This document shows, in pieces, positions 21,101-33,500 of a stretch of DNA of 42,037 nt. The stretch is from Ruminococcus sp. (GTDB lineage Bacteria > Bacillota > Clostridia > Oscillospirales > Acutalibacteraceae), in contig JAFSRK010000225.1 of the NCBI GenBank assembly GCA_017446165.1, positions 1 through 42,037 on the forward strand, read 5' to 3'. Positions within the stretch are counted from its first letter, which is position 1. Every line of letters starts with the position of its first letter. The notes beneath the pieces are model-generated. The model was not told the DNA's origin, did no database searches, and worked only from the letters and a program-made list of their open reading frames with translations. The translations under genes were made by a program, and so were the position numbers.

Positions 21101-24100
21101 CGCTGACGGTGCCGAGATTGTCATCAACGGTAAGATGCCGACGTTCGATCTGTACATCGATCTGAATATGCAGAATAGCTATACGCTGAAGCTCGGCACC
21201 AAGGTTGTTTGCAGTCTTGGAGAAGCCAATGTTATTTATTTGAAACAGAAGGCAAATACTATTTCGATCGCGGGTACTACTACGCTGAACGCTAATACAA
21301 GCGGCTATGTTACCACCGACACAACTTCGGTCAACACCGGCACGACCGCTACGCTGACAGTTTCCGGCATTACCTCCGGCTACAGCTCACCGCTGAGAAT
21401 TTATCTCGACGCCGATACCAAGGATCTCGACGTTGTCGCAACCGCGATCTACTCCGATCTCTATGTATCCAACGGATATGATGTTGGTTCTACCGTAAAG
21501 ACCGATGCGGTTACCGTAGAACCCGTTGTAGACGGCGTTGTCAAAACCTCCGGTCAGACAGGTTACTTTAACGTAAATGCATCTACGACGTATATCGAGG
21601 ATCCTGATAATACAAAGTGCCACGAGGGTACTGTCACCAAGTATTCTCCCAGTAAGAAGGGCGCTACCGTCCGCATCACGAAGAAAGCAGGCGGCAACGA
21701 TAAGATAGTGGCATTCCTGGTCTACGATATCGATAATAAAACCGTCCGCGCAGAAAAGAACATCACAAAGGGTACAACCGCTGATAGCAAGACCCCGTAT
21801 TATTTCGATCTTACTCTTGCGAACGAGAAGCAGAATCTCTACATCGTTCCGATCGTTGAGGAAGCCGGCGCAAAGGTCACGATCACCTTTGACGCGACGC
21901 AGCTGAACCGCGCCCAGTGGGGTGATATAGTAACAGCGTACACATGGTACAAGAATGGCGATGCTCCGGGTCTCGGCGCTTATCCCGGTCAGCCGATGAT
22001 CCCCTCTGACGATATGTCCACATGGACTACTACCTTTACAGCTACCAAGGGCGGCAACGAACTCGCAGGTATCACCTTCTCAAACTACGTAGACGGCGCA
22101 CATTCATGGCTCGGCAGATCCGGTGTCATGGGTAGTGAAGTGAATTCCGGTACTCAGAATATCAGTACATCCGGCGGCATTATTACCCAGTATAACATCA
22201 TGAAGGATACCGACTGGGATTCTAAAAATAAAGTTTACAAGGGTACCTATAACAAGGCAAACTTCAAGGCTCAAACATACGATTATCACGAGCCGCTCGC
22301 GCTTTATAATAGATATTCTGCGTCGGATGAAAATGTCAGCATCACCTTCCAGATGAAGGACGGCAACTCCTCGCTGATTTCTTGGAAACATACAGAGTTT
22401 GATGATAATAACATCCTGAATCTCCCGGCAGGTTGGGGTAAGCTCAACTGGGAGTATCTGACCAATGCGAAGGGCGACAAGTATATCGATATGAACGGTA
22501 ATCCGATGAATACTAAGCCTACCGCTTCCTTCTATGTTGCCTCTAAGGGTCAGGTCATTTATAACAACTCCACGATGAATTATGTCTTCCACGGCGGTCA
22601 TAACTATCAGATGAAAGGTTATGATGCGACGTACAGTGACCCGGCGAGCGGTCAAAGCAGAGGTTCTTATACAAGGACCGCTTTGGCTGCCGGCCAGTGG
22701 AGCAGCGACATCACCTACGGCGGTGCTACAGCTCTGAATATGAAGTACGCTGTTCAGTGGTATGTTTACGACGCTCAGGGCAACTACATTACCACCGTAC
22801 TCTTCGCAGGTATCGCTGACCTTTCCTCGAACAATATTGATACTTATATCGGTAAGGTGTTAGAGGATCAGGGCTACGCGGTCGACGGCAAGTCTGTAGC
22901 GATCTGTTATGACAAGCCCAGATATATGTACGGTGACTGGGATAGTGTTACATATTCCGCCAGCAATATCAACTCCGGTCCTTACTTCGACGCCTATCGT
23001 TTTGAAGGTCAGTGGATCGCTGCGGGACAGACAGATACTGTTAAGGTAAATGTTGAAGTCGCTATGATGACCGATTCGGGCGAAGAACTTGCACATTCCA
23101 ACACAGCCGGTTACGGTAACGCGACAGCAGCGCTGCGTTCCGGTATCAACTTCGGCAAGTCGAATTATGCAACGGCTGCAACTGACGGCTCTTGGGCTCA
23201 GACAGCAGCTTCTGACGCGAAGCTGAACGGTATCGTGCTGAATGCTTCTGCTCAGAACTTTATCGGTTGGTATTACTATGACGCGAATACCGGCGACTTC
23301 ACAAAGGCTACTTATAGTTCTAATGAGAATTTCTACCCGAACTACACGAACAAGGACGTAACCTATTATGCGGTCTATCGTGCCTCTGCTGTATATAATT
23401 ACATTTATGAGGGACGTGAAGGTGAGAGAACATACAGTGCAACCGGTAATGATCTGACTCCTGAAGAAATGGCAGTGGGAGATAACCAGAACAAGGTCTT
23501 TTATGATAACCACTCTGCTGATGTCCTCGCAAAGCTGCCGGTCGGCATCGGTGTATTCAAGAAGAACATCGACTTCTCCGCTGCGAACGCCGATTCTTGG
23601 ACAAAGAATAATGATAAACAGTATATCCTTAAGTTGTCTGGATTCGAAGTTACCCTTCCCACATACACCCTGACCGCTCATTATAAGGGCGCTAACAACG
23701 AGGAAAAAACAATTACCAAAACCGAAGTTTACAACGGCACTGCGGTTGATTTGACAGTTCTGAACAAAGGCTCAGAAGTGACCACGGAATACAGTAAAAA
23801 GTTCCTCGGTTGGTATGCTTATGATCATGGTGTAAGAGGCGATCTCCTCTCAACTCAGCAGAACTACGGCTTACGTTTGACCAGAGATCAGGCGATCATC
23901 GCAGTCTATGATGAGAACGGTTCTACAACAAGGGATGAAGATTCTGAGGGCTGGAAGATCTTCATCGACGAGAATGAGGTCAACAAAGAGCTGACTACTT
24001 CGTCTTCCGGCGTATTCTACAACGATACTATCGTTCGTGTCCGCAAAGGCTCCGATGCTAAGGCAACCCTGCCCACCAATGCTAAGATCGGTGTGCTTGT

Positions 24101-24386
24101 TATCAGTGATAACAAGATTGAGAACGCTAATCTTACCAATTACACTGACACTCAGCTTAAAACGCTTGTTACCAGTATCGCAAACGGCAAAACGATGAAA
24201 GCAAAGAGCGGCATCAGCATCACCAATATGCAGGCTTCTGCTCAGACGAACTTCAACCGTACCGATATCGCGGTCAGATCTGATTTTGCGAAGAATAACG
24301 GTACTCGTTACAGCGTATATGCTTACTTCTATGACGGAGATAACTATACATTCTCCGAAGTATCCGGCGTGAAGACTTATGAGTAA
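18181..24386 (+). pseudogene. Giant secreted modular protein A2, frameshifted near 19430 (~2068 aa if repaired); true pseudogene or sequencing error
   Basis: Signal peptide nearly identical to A1; frame-1 ...GTQTVSG continues as KATYDADMPSF...PSKTGYSLDGWY (B-repeat) in the frame of ORF 19452-24386; C-terminal ~1000 aa homologous to A1. Confidence 0.8.
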
Positions 24387-24415
24387 TTTAAGCGACTTGA
24401 TTGGAGGTATTAATT

Positions 24416-24559
24416 ATGAGAAAAGAATATGTAACTCCTGAGTTGGAGACAGTCAAGTTTGCCTTAAAGGATGTTCTTTCAGCCAGTCCTACAGAGGCGA
24501 CGATCCCCGAGATCATCGGCGGCGATGACGACGGCGGAGAATTAGGGGGAGACTTCTGA
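24416..24559 (+). CDS. Small putative RiPP-like precursor peptide P2 (47 aa), absent from the ORF track
   Basis: MRKEYVTPELETVKFALKDVLSASPTEATIPEIIGGDDDGGELGGDF; GGAGGT RBS. Confidence 0.87.
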   Translation: MRKEYVTPELETVKFALKDVLSASPTEATIPEIIGGDDDGGELGGDF

Positions 24560-24574
24560 TAAGCTAACGATTAA

Positions 24575-24606
24575 TTATGCCGCAGCGGGTGACTGCTGCG
24601 GCATAA
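24575..24606 (+). promoter_or_regulatory. GC-rich intergenic stem-loop without U-tract after P2
   Basis: TTATGCCGCAGC-gggtgact-GCTGCGGCATAA, perfect 12-bp stem. Confidence 0.65.
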
Positions 24607-24640
24607 ACTGTATCATCTTCGCTTTATGTGAAAGGAGATA

Positions 24641-25585
24641 ATGATGAAAAGGCTACTTTCAATTATATTGATCTCTGCTCTGCTTTTATTTCCGATACTT
24701 TCCGCATCCGCTGCTCAGGTTGACCTTGCGGAAAACGGAAAGACGATCTTTTCCGAAGGCGACTGGAGTTATACAGCGATCGACGGCGGTTCCCGTTGGG
24801 AAATCAACGGTTACTCCGGCACGGATGCTGAAATTGCTATTCCGAGAATCGTGAATGATCTGATGGTGGTTTCGATCTGTGATCATTGTTTCTTAGAAAA
24901 CAAGAATATCACATTCGTTGAAACAAGTTCTCCGCTTTGGCGTGTCGGTGAATACGCCTTTATGAATTGCACTTCTCTCGAAACGTTCGAATGCAATTTT
25001 GCTATGAACGAAATCGGAGTCGGCGCATTTATCGGTACCACATCACTCAAGACGATCAATCTGGAAAACTCTGTTGTTACCGTTATCCGTCCCCATGTTT
25101 TCATGAATTCCGGCATTGAAGAGATCACTTTGCCTGATACCTGCACCGAGATCATGCATGACGCTTTTGCGCAGTGTTCTCAGCTGAAAAGAATTGTGAT
25201 CCCCGCAAGCGTGACTGAAATCCATGAGGATGCATTCAAGAATTCTGATAACGTTGTGATCTATTGCTATACCGATTCCAAAGCGCACTCCTTTGCAGAA
25301 GAAAATAGTATTCCGTTTGTACTTCTTGACGCGACGAAAGAGGTCACCTTCATTCTTGGCGACGCAGACGGCGACGGTGTGATCACGATACTTGATGCCA
25401 CCAAGCTGCAACGCATATTGGCTGATCTGGATACTGATGAAGATGGCATGATAGCTTTGCGCGGTGATATCGACGGCGATGGTCTGAACGTGATGGATGC
25501 GACAAAGATTCAAAGGCATATCGCTGATTACAGCATTGCGGAACCCGTTGGTGAGGAAGTAACACGTGAGGTGATCCCGGGATGA
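24641..25585 (+). CDS. Secreted LRR_5 protein with C-terminal dockerin (cassette 2)
   Basis: Signal peptide, VGEYAFMNCTSL-type repeats, LGDADGDGVITILDATKLQR...GDIDGDGLNVMDATKIQR. Confidence 0.9.
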   Translation: MMKRLLSIILISALLLFPILSASAAQVDLAENGKTIFSEGDWSYTAIDGGSRWEINGYSGTDAEIAIPRIVNDLMVVSICDHCFLENKNITFVETSSPLWRVGEYAFMNCTSLETFECNFAMNEIGVGAFIGTTSLKTINLENSVVTVIRPHVFMNSGIEEITLPDTCTEIMHDAFAQCSQLKRIVIPASVTEIHEDAFKNSDNVVIYCYTDSKAHSFAEENSIPFVLLDATKEVTFILGDADGDGVITILDATKLQRILADLDTDEDGMIALRGDIDGDGLNVMDATKIQRHIADYSIAEPVGEEVTREVIPG

Positions 25586-26082
25586 AGAATCGGTCACGTT
25601 TGATGTATCTGATTATCGGTGTTTTTGTTATAATGCTCTTGTCGGCATGCGTTGAGGATAATCGCAGTTTGTCTGAGAGCAAGGCGTCGACTACCGAACT
25701 CTCAAAAGTCGAAGCGACTGCTGTCTCTGAAACAACGGCCGTTTTGGAAACGACTGCCGATGGCGGGACGATAGAAAAGGATTCAGAAGGCAACAAGATC
25801 ACGAAGGACAGTGACGGAAGAGTAGTTGCTGTTGAGGATAAAAACGGCAACGCGATAGAGATCACCGAGTATATCACGACACATAGCTGGATCGAAAGCG
25901 ATAGCAATAGCGGATTATCTGATAATTCCGTGAAGGGAAAAGACGATCCTGATGAACCTGATGATACTTCCGGCAACGCATCCACGACCGCTCCCGACAA
26001 CAATGATGTTGAGGGGGAAATCCCGGTTGTAATTGCTACTATCCCGGATGTGGATGATCAGGCAGAGTTGCCTAACTTCTGA
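25582..26082 (+). CDS. Lipoprotein, paralog of 14276-14809 (cassette 2)
   Basis: Lipobox LLSA|C; GGTIEKDSEGNKITKDSDGRVVAVEDKNGN; tail IPVVIATIPDVDDQAELPNF. Confidence 0.82.
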   Translation: MKNRSRLMYLIIGVFVIMLLSACVEDNRSLSESKASTTELSKVEATAVSETTAVLETTADGGTIEKDSEGNKITKDSDGRVVAVEDKNGNAIEITEYITTHSWIESDSNSGLSDNSVKGKDDPDEPDDTSGNASTTAPDNNDVEGEIPVVIATIPDVDDQAELPNF

Positions 26083-26117
26083 TATAAAATAGTTGACACT
26101 TGAATTATAATATGAGT

Positions 26118-26155
26118 AGAGACCGGATATGCGTAACAGCTATCCGGTCTCTTTT
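26118..26155 (+). terminator. Terminator closing cassette 2
   Basis: AGAGACCGGATA...TATCCGGTCTCT followed by TTT. Confidence 0.75.
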
Positions 26156-26243
26156 GGTGGATTATAGTGATATGACAGCAACAAGATGTATTACGGATTA
26201 GCGAGTAGCCTAATTTCAGTGAGACTTGGCTCTGTCGCAGATG

Positions 26244-26277
26244 AAAAAAGCGACTGCTTGAGGCGGTCGCTTTTTTT
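26244..26277. terminator. Bidirectional terminator between convergent cassettes 2 and 3
   Basis: AAAAAAGCGACTGC-ttgag-GCGGTCGCTTTTTTT. Confidence 0.8.
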
Positions 26278-26364
26278 GGTCAGAGATTCACTGAAGGGAC
26301 TATTTGAACCATGCGAAAGGTGTGCAGGAAAGATGGAATCTCTATTAATTGAATTGTAACTGAG

Positions 26365-27369
26365 TTATTGGGTGATGAGTCTTGTTACCGATGTACCGAC
26401 CGGCACATTAATGGAAAAATCTGCGATATGACGTTGGACGGTGGTGGCGTCCATGATATTCAGACCGTCCTCATTGACATCACCGCGCAGAGCGATCATG
26501 CCGTCTTCGTCGAGGTCGAGATCAGCAAGCACGCGCTGGATCTTGGTCGCGTCGAGAATCGTGATCTGACCGTCGCCGTCGGCGTCGCCGAGAATGAAGG
26601 TGACCTCAATCGGTTCAGCCGAAGTAGGTTCATCTGTGGGAGTTTCTGTCGGCTCGTCGGTGGGCGCCTCAGTAGAAGGCTCCGTAGGATCGGGCGCATC
26701 AATCAAAACATAGTTGATGCCGTTGTCCAAAGCATACTGATGTGCGCAGGAATCGGTGTAGCAGCGGATGACGAGGTTATCATCACCGGAGAATGCCGTA
26801 CTGTCTATGCTTGTAACCGAGCGGGGAATGGTAACAGACGATAATCCGGGGCAGTTATAGAAAGCGTAACGCTCAATGGTTGTAATATAATCAGTCAAAA
26901 CTACTGTTTCCAAATTCTTGCAATATTGAAAACACTGAGCCGATACCTTTCCTCCAAAAGAGCTATATGACAGTTCTGTCAAGCCGTCGCATTTTTCAAA
27001 GGCAGACGTTCCAATATAGCTAACTCGTGTCGGAATCACCAAAGTACCTTCTAAAGCGCTGTTCGAAAAAGCATACATGCCGATGCTGTCCAGATACGAT
27101 GCATCCGTCATCTTAAGATGACGAATATGATCGTCGTTTTTGAAAGCGCTGTTATCAATGGCGACTGTACGGAAATCCCCGATATATTCAGGAACATACA
27201 ATGTATCAGAACTGTTATCCCATCCGGTTATCACAGCACACTTGTTGTCATCCAGCTCAAAGCTGTAACCATCAAGGATCATTGCGGCAAAAACATGTGC
27301 GACAAACACAGACGTCAGACAGATGACCGCCGCAAGTCCTATAGCGACTATTTTTTTTGCTTTTCGCAT
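26365..27369 (-). CDS. Secreted LRR_5 protein with Pro/Thr/Glu linker and C-terminal dockerin (cassette 3)
   Basis: Signal peptide; IERYAFYNCPGLSSVTIPRSVTSI; PTEPSTEAPTDEPT linker; LGDADGDGQITILDATKIQR...GDVNEDGLNIMDATTVQR. Confidence 0.9.
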   Translation of the reverse strand: MRKAKKIVAIGLAAVICLTSVFVAHVFAAMILDGYSFELDDNKCAVITGWDNSSDTLYVPEYIGDFRTVAIDNSAFKNDDHIRHLKMTDASYLDSIGMYAFSNSALEGTLVIPTRVSYIGTSAFEKCDGLTELSYSSFGGKVSAQCFQYCKNLETVVLTDYITTIERYAFYNCPGLSSVTIPRSVTSIDSTAFSGDDNLVIRCYTDSCAHQYALDNGINYVLIDAPDPTEPSTEAPTDEPTETPTDEPTSAEPIEVTFILGDADGDGQITILDATKIQRVLADLDLDEDGMIALRGDVNEDGLNIMDATTVQRHIADFSINVPVGTSVTRLITQ

Positions 27370-27389
27370 AAGTCAATTCTCCTTAAGCG

Positions 27390-27419
27390 CACAGGCAGTG
27401 CACATAGGCACTGCCTGTG
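27390..27419 (-). promoter_or_regulatory. GC-rich intergenic stem-loop without U-tract after P3
   Basis: CACAGGCAGTGC-6 nt-GCACTGCCTGTG, perfect 12-bp stem. Confidence 0.65.
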
Positions 27420-27426
27420 ATTATTG

Positions 27427-27579
27427 TTACAATCCTGCAAAAGGATCATCCGGGTCACCGGAGCCACCGCCGCCGTAGATCGGATTGTCGCTGGCTTCGG
27501 GTTTACTATCGCCCAGAATATCCTTTGTGAGCTTAAAACGAATCAACTCGCAATCAGGAGCAATATACTCTTTTTTCAT
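27427..27579 (-). CDS. Small putative RiPP-like precursor peptide P3 (50 aa), absent from the ORF track
   Basis: MKKEYIAPDCELIRFKLTKDILGDSKPEASDNPIYGGGGSGDPDDPFAGL; AAGGAGGT RBS overlapping the A3 stop codon. Confidence 0.87.
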   Translation of the reverse strand: MKKEYIAPDCELIRFKLTKDILGDSKPEASDNPIYGGGGSGDPDDPFAGL

Positions 27580-27591
27580 ATTTATACCTCC

Positions 27592-30500
27592 TTACTGCTG
27601 TGCAATATCATACATGTAGAAGTATGCAGGTTTTTCACTCATAATGTAATCACCGTCACCTATCTTCATGTAGGAATAAGCTCTATACAGATACTTGGTA
27701 TTAGAATTAGCGTTTGTTGCAGGATACACTTGAGTCCCTTCCTGATCTCTCTGATTCGTATTCCACATTGCATAAGCATAATGGCAACGGTTCTTATCAT
27801 TGACCTGAGTTGGATTAATCGCTACCTTGATCTGAGTGTAATCTGAAGAATTACTACCGCCTGCTTTAGCTTTTGCAGCGCTTTGAGCTGCTGACAAATC
27901 ACTATCAGAATAATCCTTTGCGTATTCCTGCAAGGTTTTCGCGTTGGTTCCGCTGGCGTTAGTTTCGATCTCCTTCAATCTCTGGATAATGAAGCCGCAT
28001 TCTTTAGTACCGGAAAGTTTGTTGAATGTGGTATCACCCTGAGGCTTAAAGGCCATGATGAAGTCATTATAGACCAAGTCGCCCGCGTAATAGGTATGAT
28101 CACCGTTATCGTTATTATTCCACTGGTTACGAGTATTACCAATGAAGTCGATAGTGGTAAACTGACCCGCTTTATAAAGATCGGCATACGAAGTTTCGGT
28201 CATATCACCGTCATCATCAGTGCTGTAAACCGCAGTGATATTGTAATTGTTGAATGCTCGATAGTTAAATTCGTGGTAGTAGCATTTGCCGACTACTCTG
28301 CTGTCGCCGCGACTGCCGGAAACAATGCTGTACTCCCAATACTTGAAGTAGCGAGCTGTTTCGCCGTCATAAATAACCGAGGGAGCGGTTACAAAGTTAC
28401 CTTGAGAATCTTTGAAGAATTCGTCATAATCTGCATCTACGGTAAAGGTTTTATCCTTTGCAGCTTTACTGACCTTACCATTGGTCGCAAGAGGGATACC
28501 GTTGTCGCCGGACACAGTAGAAAGCACATAAGGTACAGTGAAGTAGCCATGACGCTGTTTCGTGAACTCGGTGCTGCCGGAATCCGTCGTTTGATTATTG
28601 CTAGTGATCGTCAGCGAGATCGTGTAGGTGTTGTTCCCACTGTTATAGTTACAGGTCTGACTATTAACGACACTATCGAAATCCCATGTGATCTTCTCGT
28701 TGAAGTTGCTCTCGTGAGGCGCAATCTTCGCGAGGAATTCCTTTGTCAGCTTCTTGTCTTCAGTATTTAATGTACCGGTTACAACAGTCTCATCGTTGAT
28801 CTGACCGGGGGTCAGCGTCCCCGCTTTGGTGAACGCTTGATCGCCATACTGGCGGCTGGTGTAGTTGAACTTGACGCTGTAATCATATATGACGGGATTC
28901 AACTCTGAGACATACTCAATCGCCTTGACATTCTGCTGATTGTCAACTGTATCGCTGAAGATATCGCCCTTGACGTTGATCGTATACGTATCCGTCGTAT
29001 GATTCTTATTAGCGGAATTATAAATATCCGTGTCGCTCGCAGTGTTCCTGACATCACTACCGGTATGACCGTCGGTCGTATAAGCGGTATACTCCTTAAA
29101 GGTGTTCTCACCTGTCGGAACAGTCTTTACGGTGACGATGATCTGGTAATTACTTCTCGCGTTGATGATTGATTTGTCAAGCGTTATGGTCTTGGTATTG
29201 CTGTTGACATTAGCTACGACAGTTTCTTTATCGCCGTTCTTTACCGTTACGCCGAGGTATGTCGTACCTCTGCCGGTGCTGTTTGCGTGGAGCGAGTTAC
29301 TGATCGTCAAATTACCGGAAGCGATATACTTGAAGCGTGCCGCCAACGTGAAGTTACCGGAGCGGGGGGTATCGGCAGTTGTCGAGGATGTAGTGATTGT
29401 ACTCTCAAGTCCCGAAGTATCATACATATACCAGCCGACGAACTCATACGAACCCTTTTCCTCTGCCGTGAAGGTGTAGCTCTTGCTGTGATCAATGAGC
29501 TCGGATTCAGACTCAGTCGCACCGTAATAGTCGGAGTTCGTAAAGTAAGCAGAACACTTGGTTGTGCTACCTATGTGAGAATCCGCTTCGAAAGAATCGT
29601 CATGCAGCTCGCCGTTGACGTCATAATACTGGATCTTGATATTGGATTTGACGAAGTCTTCAACCGTCGTATAGGTCCAGCGACCGTCACAGCGGTAATT
29701 CTTCGGATTGAAGGCGTCGGGAATATCATGCTCATAACAGATCAAAGCGGGTACGCCGCGGTATGCCTCAATGTTCTCATACAAGCCGGCATATTCGTTG
29801 ATACCCTTGTCGCCGTCCATCGAGGTCGCGGCAGCAAGATCCGCCTTTGTATTATAGATCAGTGCGGAGGGAACGATGGAAGAGTTGGTTGCCTTGGTCT
29901 TTTGGTTATCGGAACCGCCGGACATCGGGTTCGAAGAATTATAGAGCAACTCATAATTACTACCGTTCTTATGATAGACCGCCCACTCTGTCGCCCAGCG
30001 ACCCGCATTGTTGTACTCATAACCGAGGGAGAATATTCTCAGCGGATCAGCGGAAGGTTTAGTGATCTTGTCACCAAAGATATCCACATTGTTACCTAAC
30101 GCGTCGGTCAAGTACTGCCATCCGGTACTATTATTACCGGCATCCTCCAACGTTGCAGCAGCAACGGTACCGGTTATATCATCCAGAATATTGCCGTCTG
30201 CCAACAGGTCATTATAACGGCTTGCTTTTGAGTCACCATCAATGCCATTTGTGGTACCTGCTAGTCTATGCTGACTGCTGCTGACAGGGAAGTACTTGAA
30301 CGAGAAGTAGATGGAGTACATATATTTGGAACCGTTCTTTGTCTTCTTCTCGTTATAAATCTTCGCAAAGTCATCAAAGTCATAGGTCTGTCTGTGGACA
30401 GATACATGGTTACAGTAATTCTTATGAACATCATCATAGTAACCATTATTGATGGTGATACCCTTGACAGGACCGCCGTTACTATCCTTACCGTTTTTAG

Positions 30501-33500
30501 ATGCGTCATCTGTCAGCGGGATCTGAGCAAAAAGCTGTCCGCCGTAGTTGACGATCGGCTGACCGGGATAACGGCCGAAGTTCTCGCCCTGACCGTAATA
30601 AGAAGCAATTTCCCCATCTGCTGTGCCATCCTTGCGATACTGATAGAACGGATAGAGATACAGAGTGTTGCCCCAACCCGCGTTACGTACCTCATCACTA
30701 TAACCGTTGATGTAAACCATAACGGTTTCGGACGCATACGCGTCTTTGACGAAGAGAATCGGGGTGATCTCCAGCATGCTTTCCTTCATATCAGCAGGGA
30801 TCGTATAGGTACAGGTATAGGATGTACCCGCACGTGTATAGCTAACTCCGTTAGGATCAGTAAATTCACACGAAGACACAAATACGCCAGAACTCTCACT
30901 TATCATCTCGGGAGTATCGCCGTTAAAGGAGAAGCCGGCTACATAATACTTTTCATCAGCGTAACAGGTACCGGTACCGCCGGACTTATCAACGTAATTA
31001 TATGAACCTCGGTGGGGAATAATAGTTGTAACCGTGATCTGTGAGCCCTTTAACGCAAAGCCATCAACCCAATGATGACCGTTGGCATGATCATTATCAA
31101 CCCTCACCTGTCCTTCGACATTGGTAACTTTAGTAGTAGGAGCATAAATCCAGAAATTATAGTTACCTTCACGGATTGAAGAATCCTTTGCATAGAAGTT
31201 GGTAGAGGGGATATAGTCGGCAGATGTGCTTCCGCTTTCACCCTTGAGCTTATAGTAGAACTTGTAGTTGACAGAGCCGGAGCCGGAGTAGACCGCGCGT
31301 ACACCGAGAGCGCTGATCTTAGTCCAGTCGATACCATCAATCTCAATAAATCTGATGGTATTATGAACAGTACTATTCTGCTTCTTCCTTACAATAAACA
31401 GAGTTTCATCACTACTGTTTTTGATGGTAGGGCCATTACCGTCTGAGTAGGTAGAGCCATTTATTTTTGTGCTGCTGTCACCTACCATATTGTTGTTTCC
31501 GGTGCCGTTGGCAAGAGCGATATACAGGCGATTGGGAGTGGATGGCGGATTGCCAAAGATCGAAGTCAGGTCAGCCCAATAATCGTTACCGCTCTTGTAG
31601 GTGGCAGTACTGCCCTTCGGATCGCCTTCATTTCTGCCTACGCCGCTGTCTTGACCGGAATAGATGATATTATAGCTTGAAGCGTCGCCGCCAATCTCGG
31701 GAGTAGCATTTGAACGATCATATGAATAGATCCAGTTACTGTCAGTAGATTCAGTGGTGAATGTTGCGACATACACGGTGCGGGAGGTGATGACCTCGTT
31801 TTCAAGCGAATCATATCCTTCTGTTTTACCGCCCTTATAATCCTCCTCAAGGTTCTTATACCATTTAGAGAAGGAGTAGCCATTAGAAGGTGTTGCTTCA
31901 AGTCTGATCTTATCGCCATACGCTACCTTGATGATCATATGATCGTTTTCCGGAATCTCAGTCGTCGCACTGCCGTAAGATACCTCAACAAATCCGCCTG
32001 CACCGGCATATACATCAACATCGATTGCCTGTACATCTGAGGTGGTAACAGTAACATTGTGATTGGAGCTATCATATGTAATGGTAACCTGCTGATTGTC
32101 GGAAAGTGTAAATGTGAAGTTGTTTCCGCTCATAGAGCCGGCTACACCGTTAACAGTATAAGTTCCGTGGGTGCTACTGCTGGTGATCCATTCAGTCAGT
32201 GAGGTGATTCTGAATTCATGACTGCCGGAAGCAACATTACCAAAGGTCTTTGTCCAAACGGTGCCGGAAGAAGGCTCTGTCATAAAGCCTTTATAGGGAG
32301 CTACACCCCAGTTGGAACCGACAAGCGCGGTGTCACCGGATACATAGTAACCCACTTGACCGACATTAGTAGTGGTAGAAGAGTTAGCTACTGCTGTTTC
32401 GAAGCCGGCTTCATCTGTCACTGTTACCTTAAAGGTATAGCTGCCGTAATCGGGGGGATAGAAATCGACAGACGTTTCGGTTGTATTTGCCGTGCCGATA
32501 ACGTACCAACTTCCCTCTCCGTTTTTCTGGAAGTAATAATTATACTTGGCGCCGGTTGTTAAAGTACCGGACGGGGTAGCGGTCAAAGTGATCTCTTCAC
32601 CGGGATCGGCTGTAGCAGGATTACCGGATAAAGATACACCAAGATGTTCAAAGTTCGTCCAGTTGCAATTCGTAGTATCATTCGCTAAATCTATATAATA
32701 GATACCAGTCGCGTTTGTACCGTTCTCAGTAATATCACCGCCACCGTTTTTATAACTATCCCCATCGTTAGGATATCCAGTGAATTCTGAGCCATAGTCA
32801 TGATTAAAAGCAATAGCGCTTGGAGATTTACTTGAAGTTATATTAGTAGAATCTGTATATGTAAAATAATCAGTAGAATCTTTTTGAGTAGCTCTAAAAG
32901 TTTTAGCAGTAGTTACAAAATTCCAACCATAAAACGACTTAAAGTTTGACCATGAACTGTTACGTTTAAAAATTAGCTTTCCAGAAGATAATGAGCTAGC
33001 AGACGCCGGAGTACCGGTAGTTTCATATGTCGGTTTAAAGAAGCATGCCTTTACATCTTTTGCGGTAGCACTGTTCGCCTCATAATAGATGGTTTCATCG
33101 GTCACCATTTCACCATCTATATACCAACCGACAAACGTCCAACCATCATATACTTCGTTGAGCTCCATAGTGATCCACGAGGTTAACGCAGGAGTATCAT
33201 ATTGAGAATAATAGTTGGAAGAAGCACTGTTTGATTTAGAGGAAGGAGCGGTACTCTTGGCTACGGTAAAATTAGTGTTCCAATAGTAGCCTGATACCTG
33301 TACGTCACCGCCGACAGAAGCGCTGCCTGCATAGGAAAAACTATTTATGTTTTTATCGGTAGTGGAAACATAAACGCTTGCCTTCTGGGCTCCGGCTTTG
33401 AGGTAGGTAGTGCTTTGCGCAAGATCATCGCCGCTATCCTTATCAGCAGTGAGTGTAAGCCCGGAACCCTGAGCTGAACCGTTGACCTTGTAATAGTATA

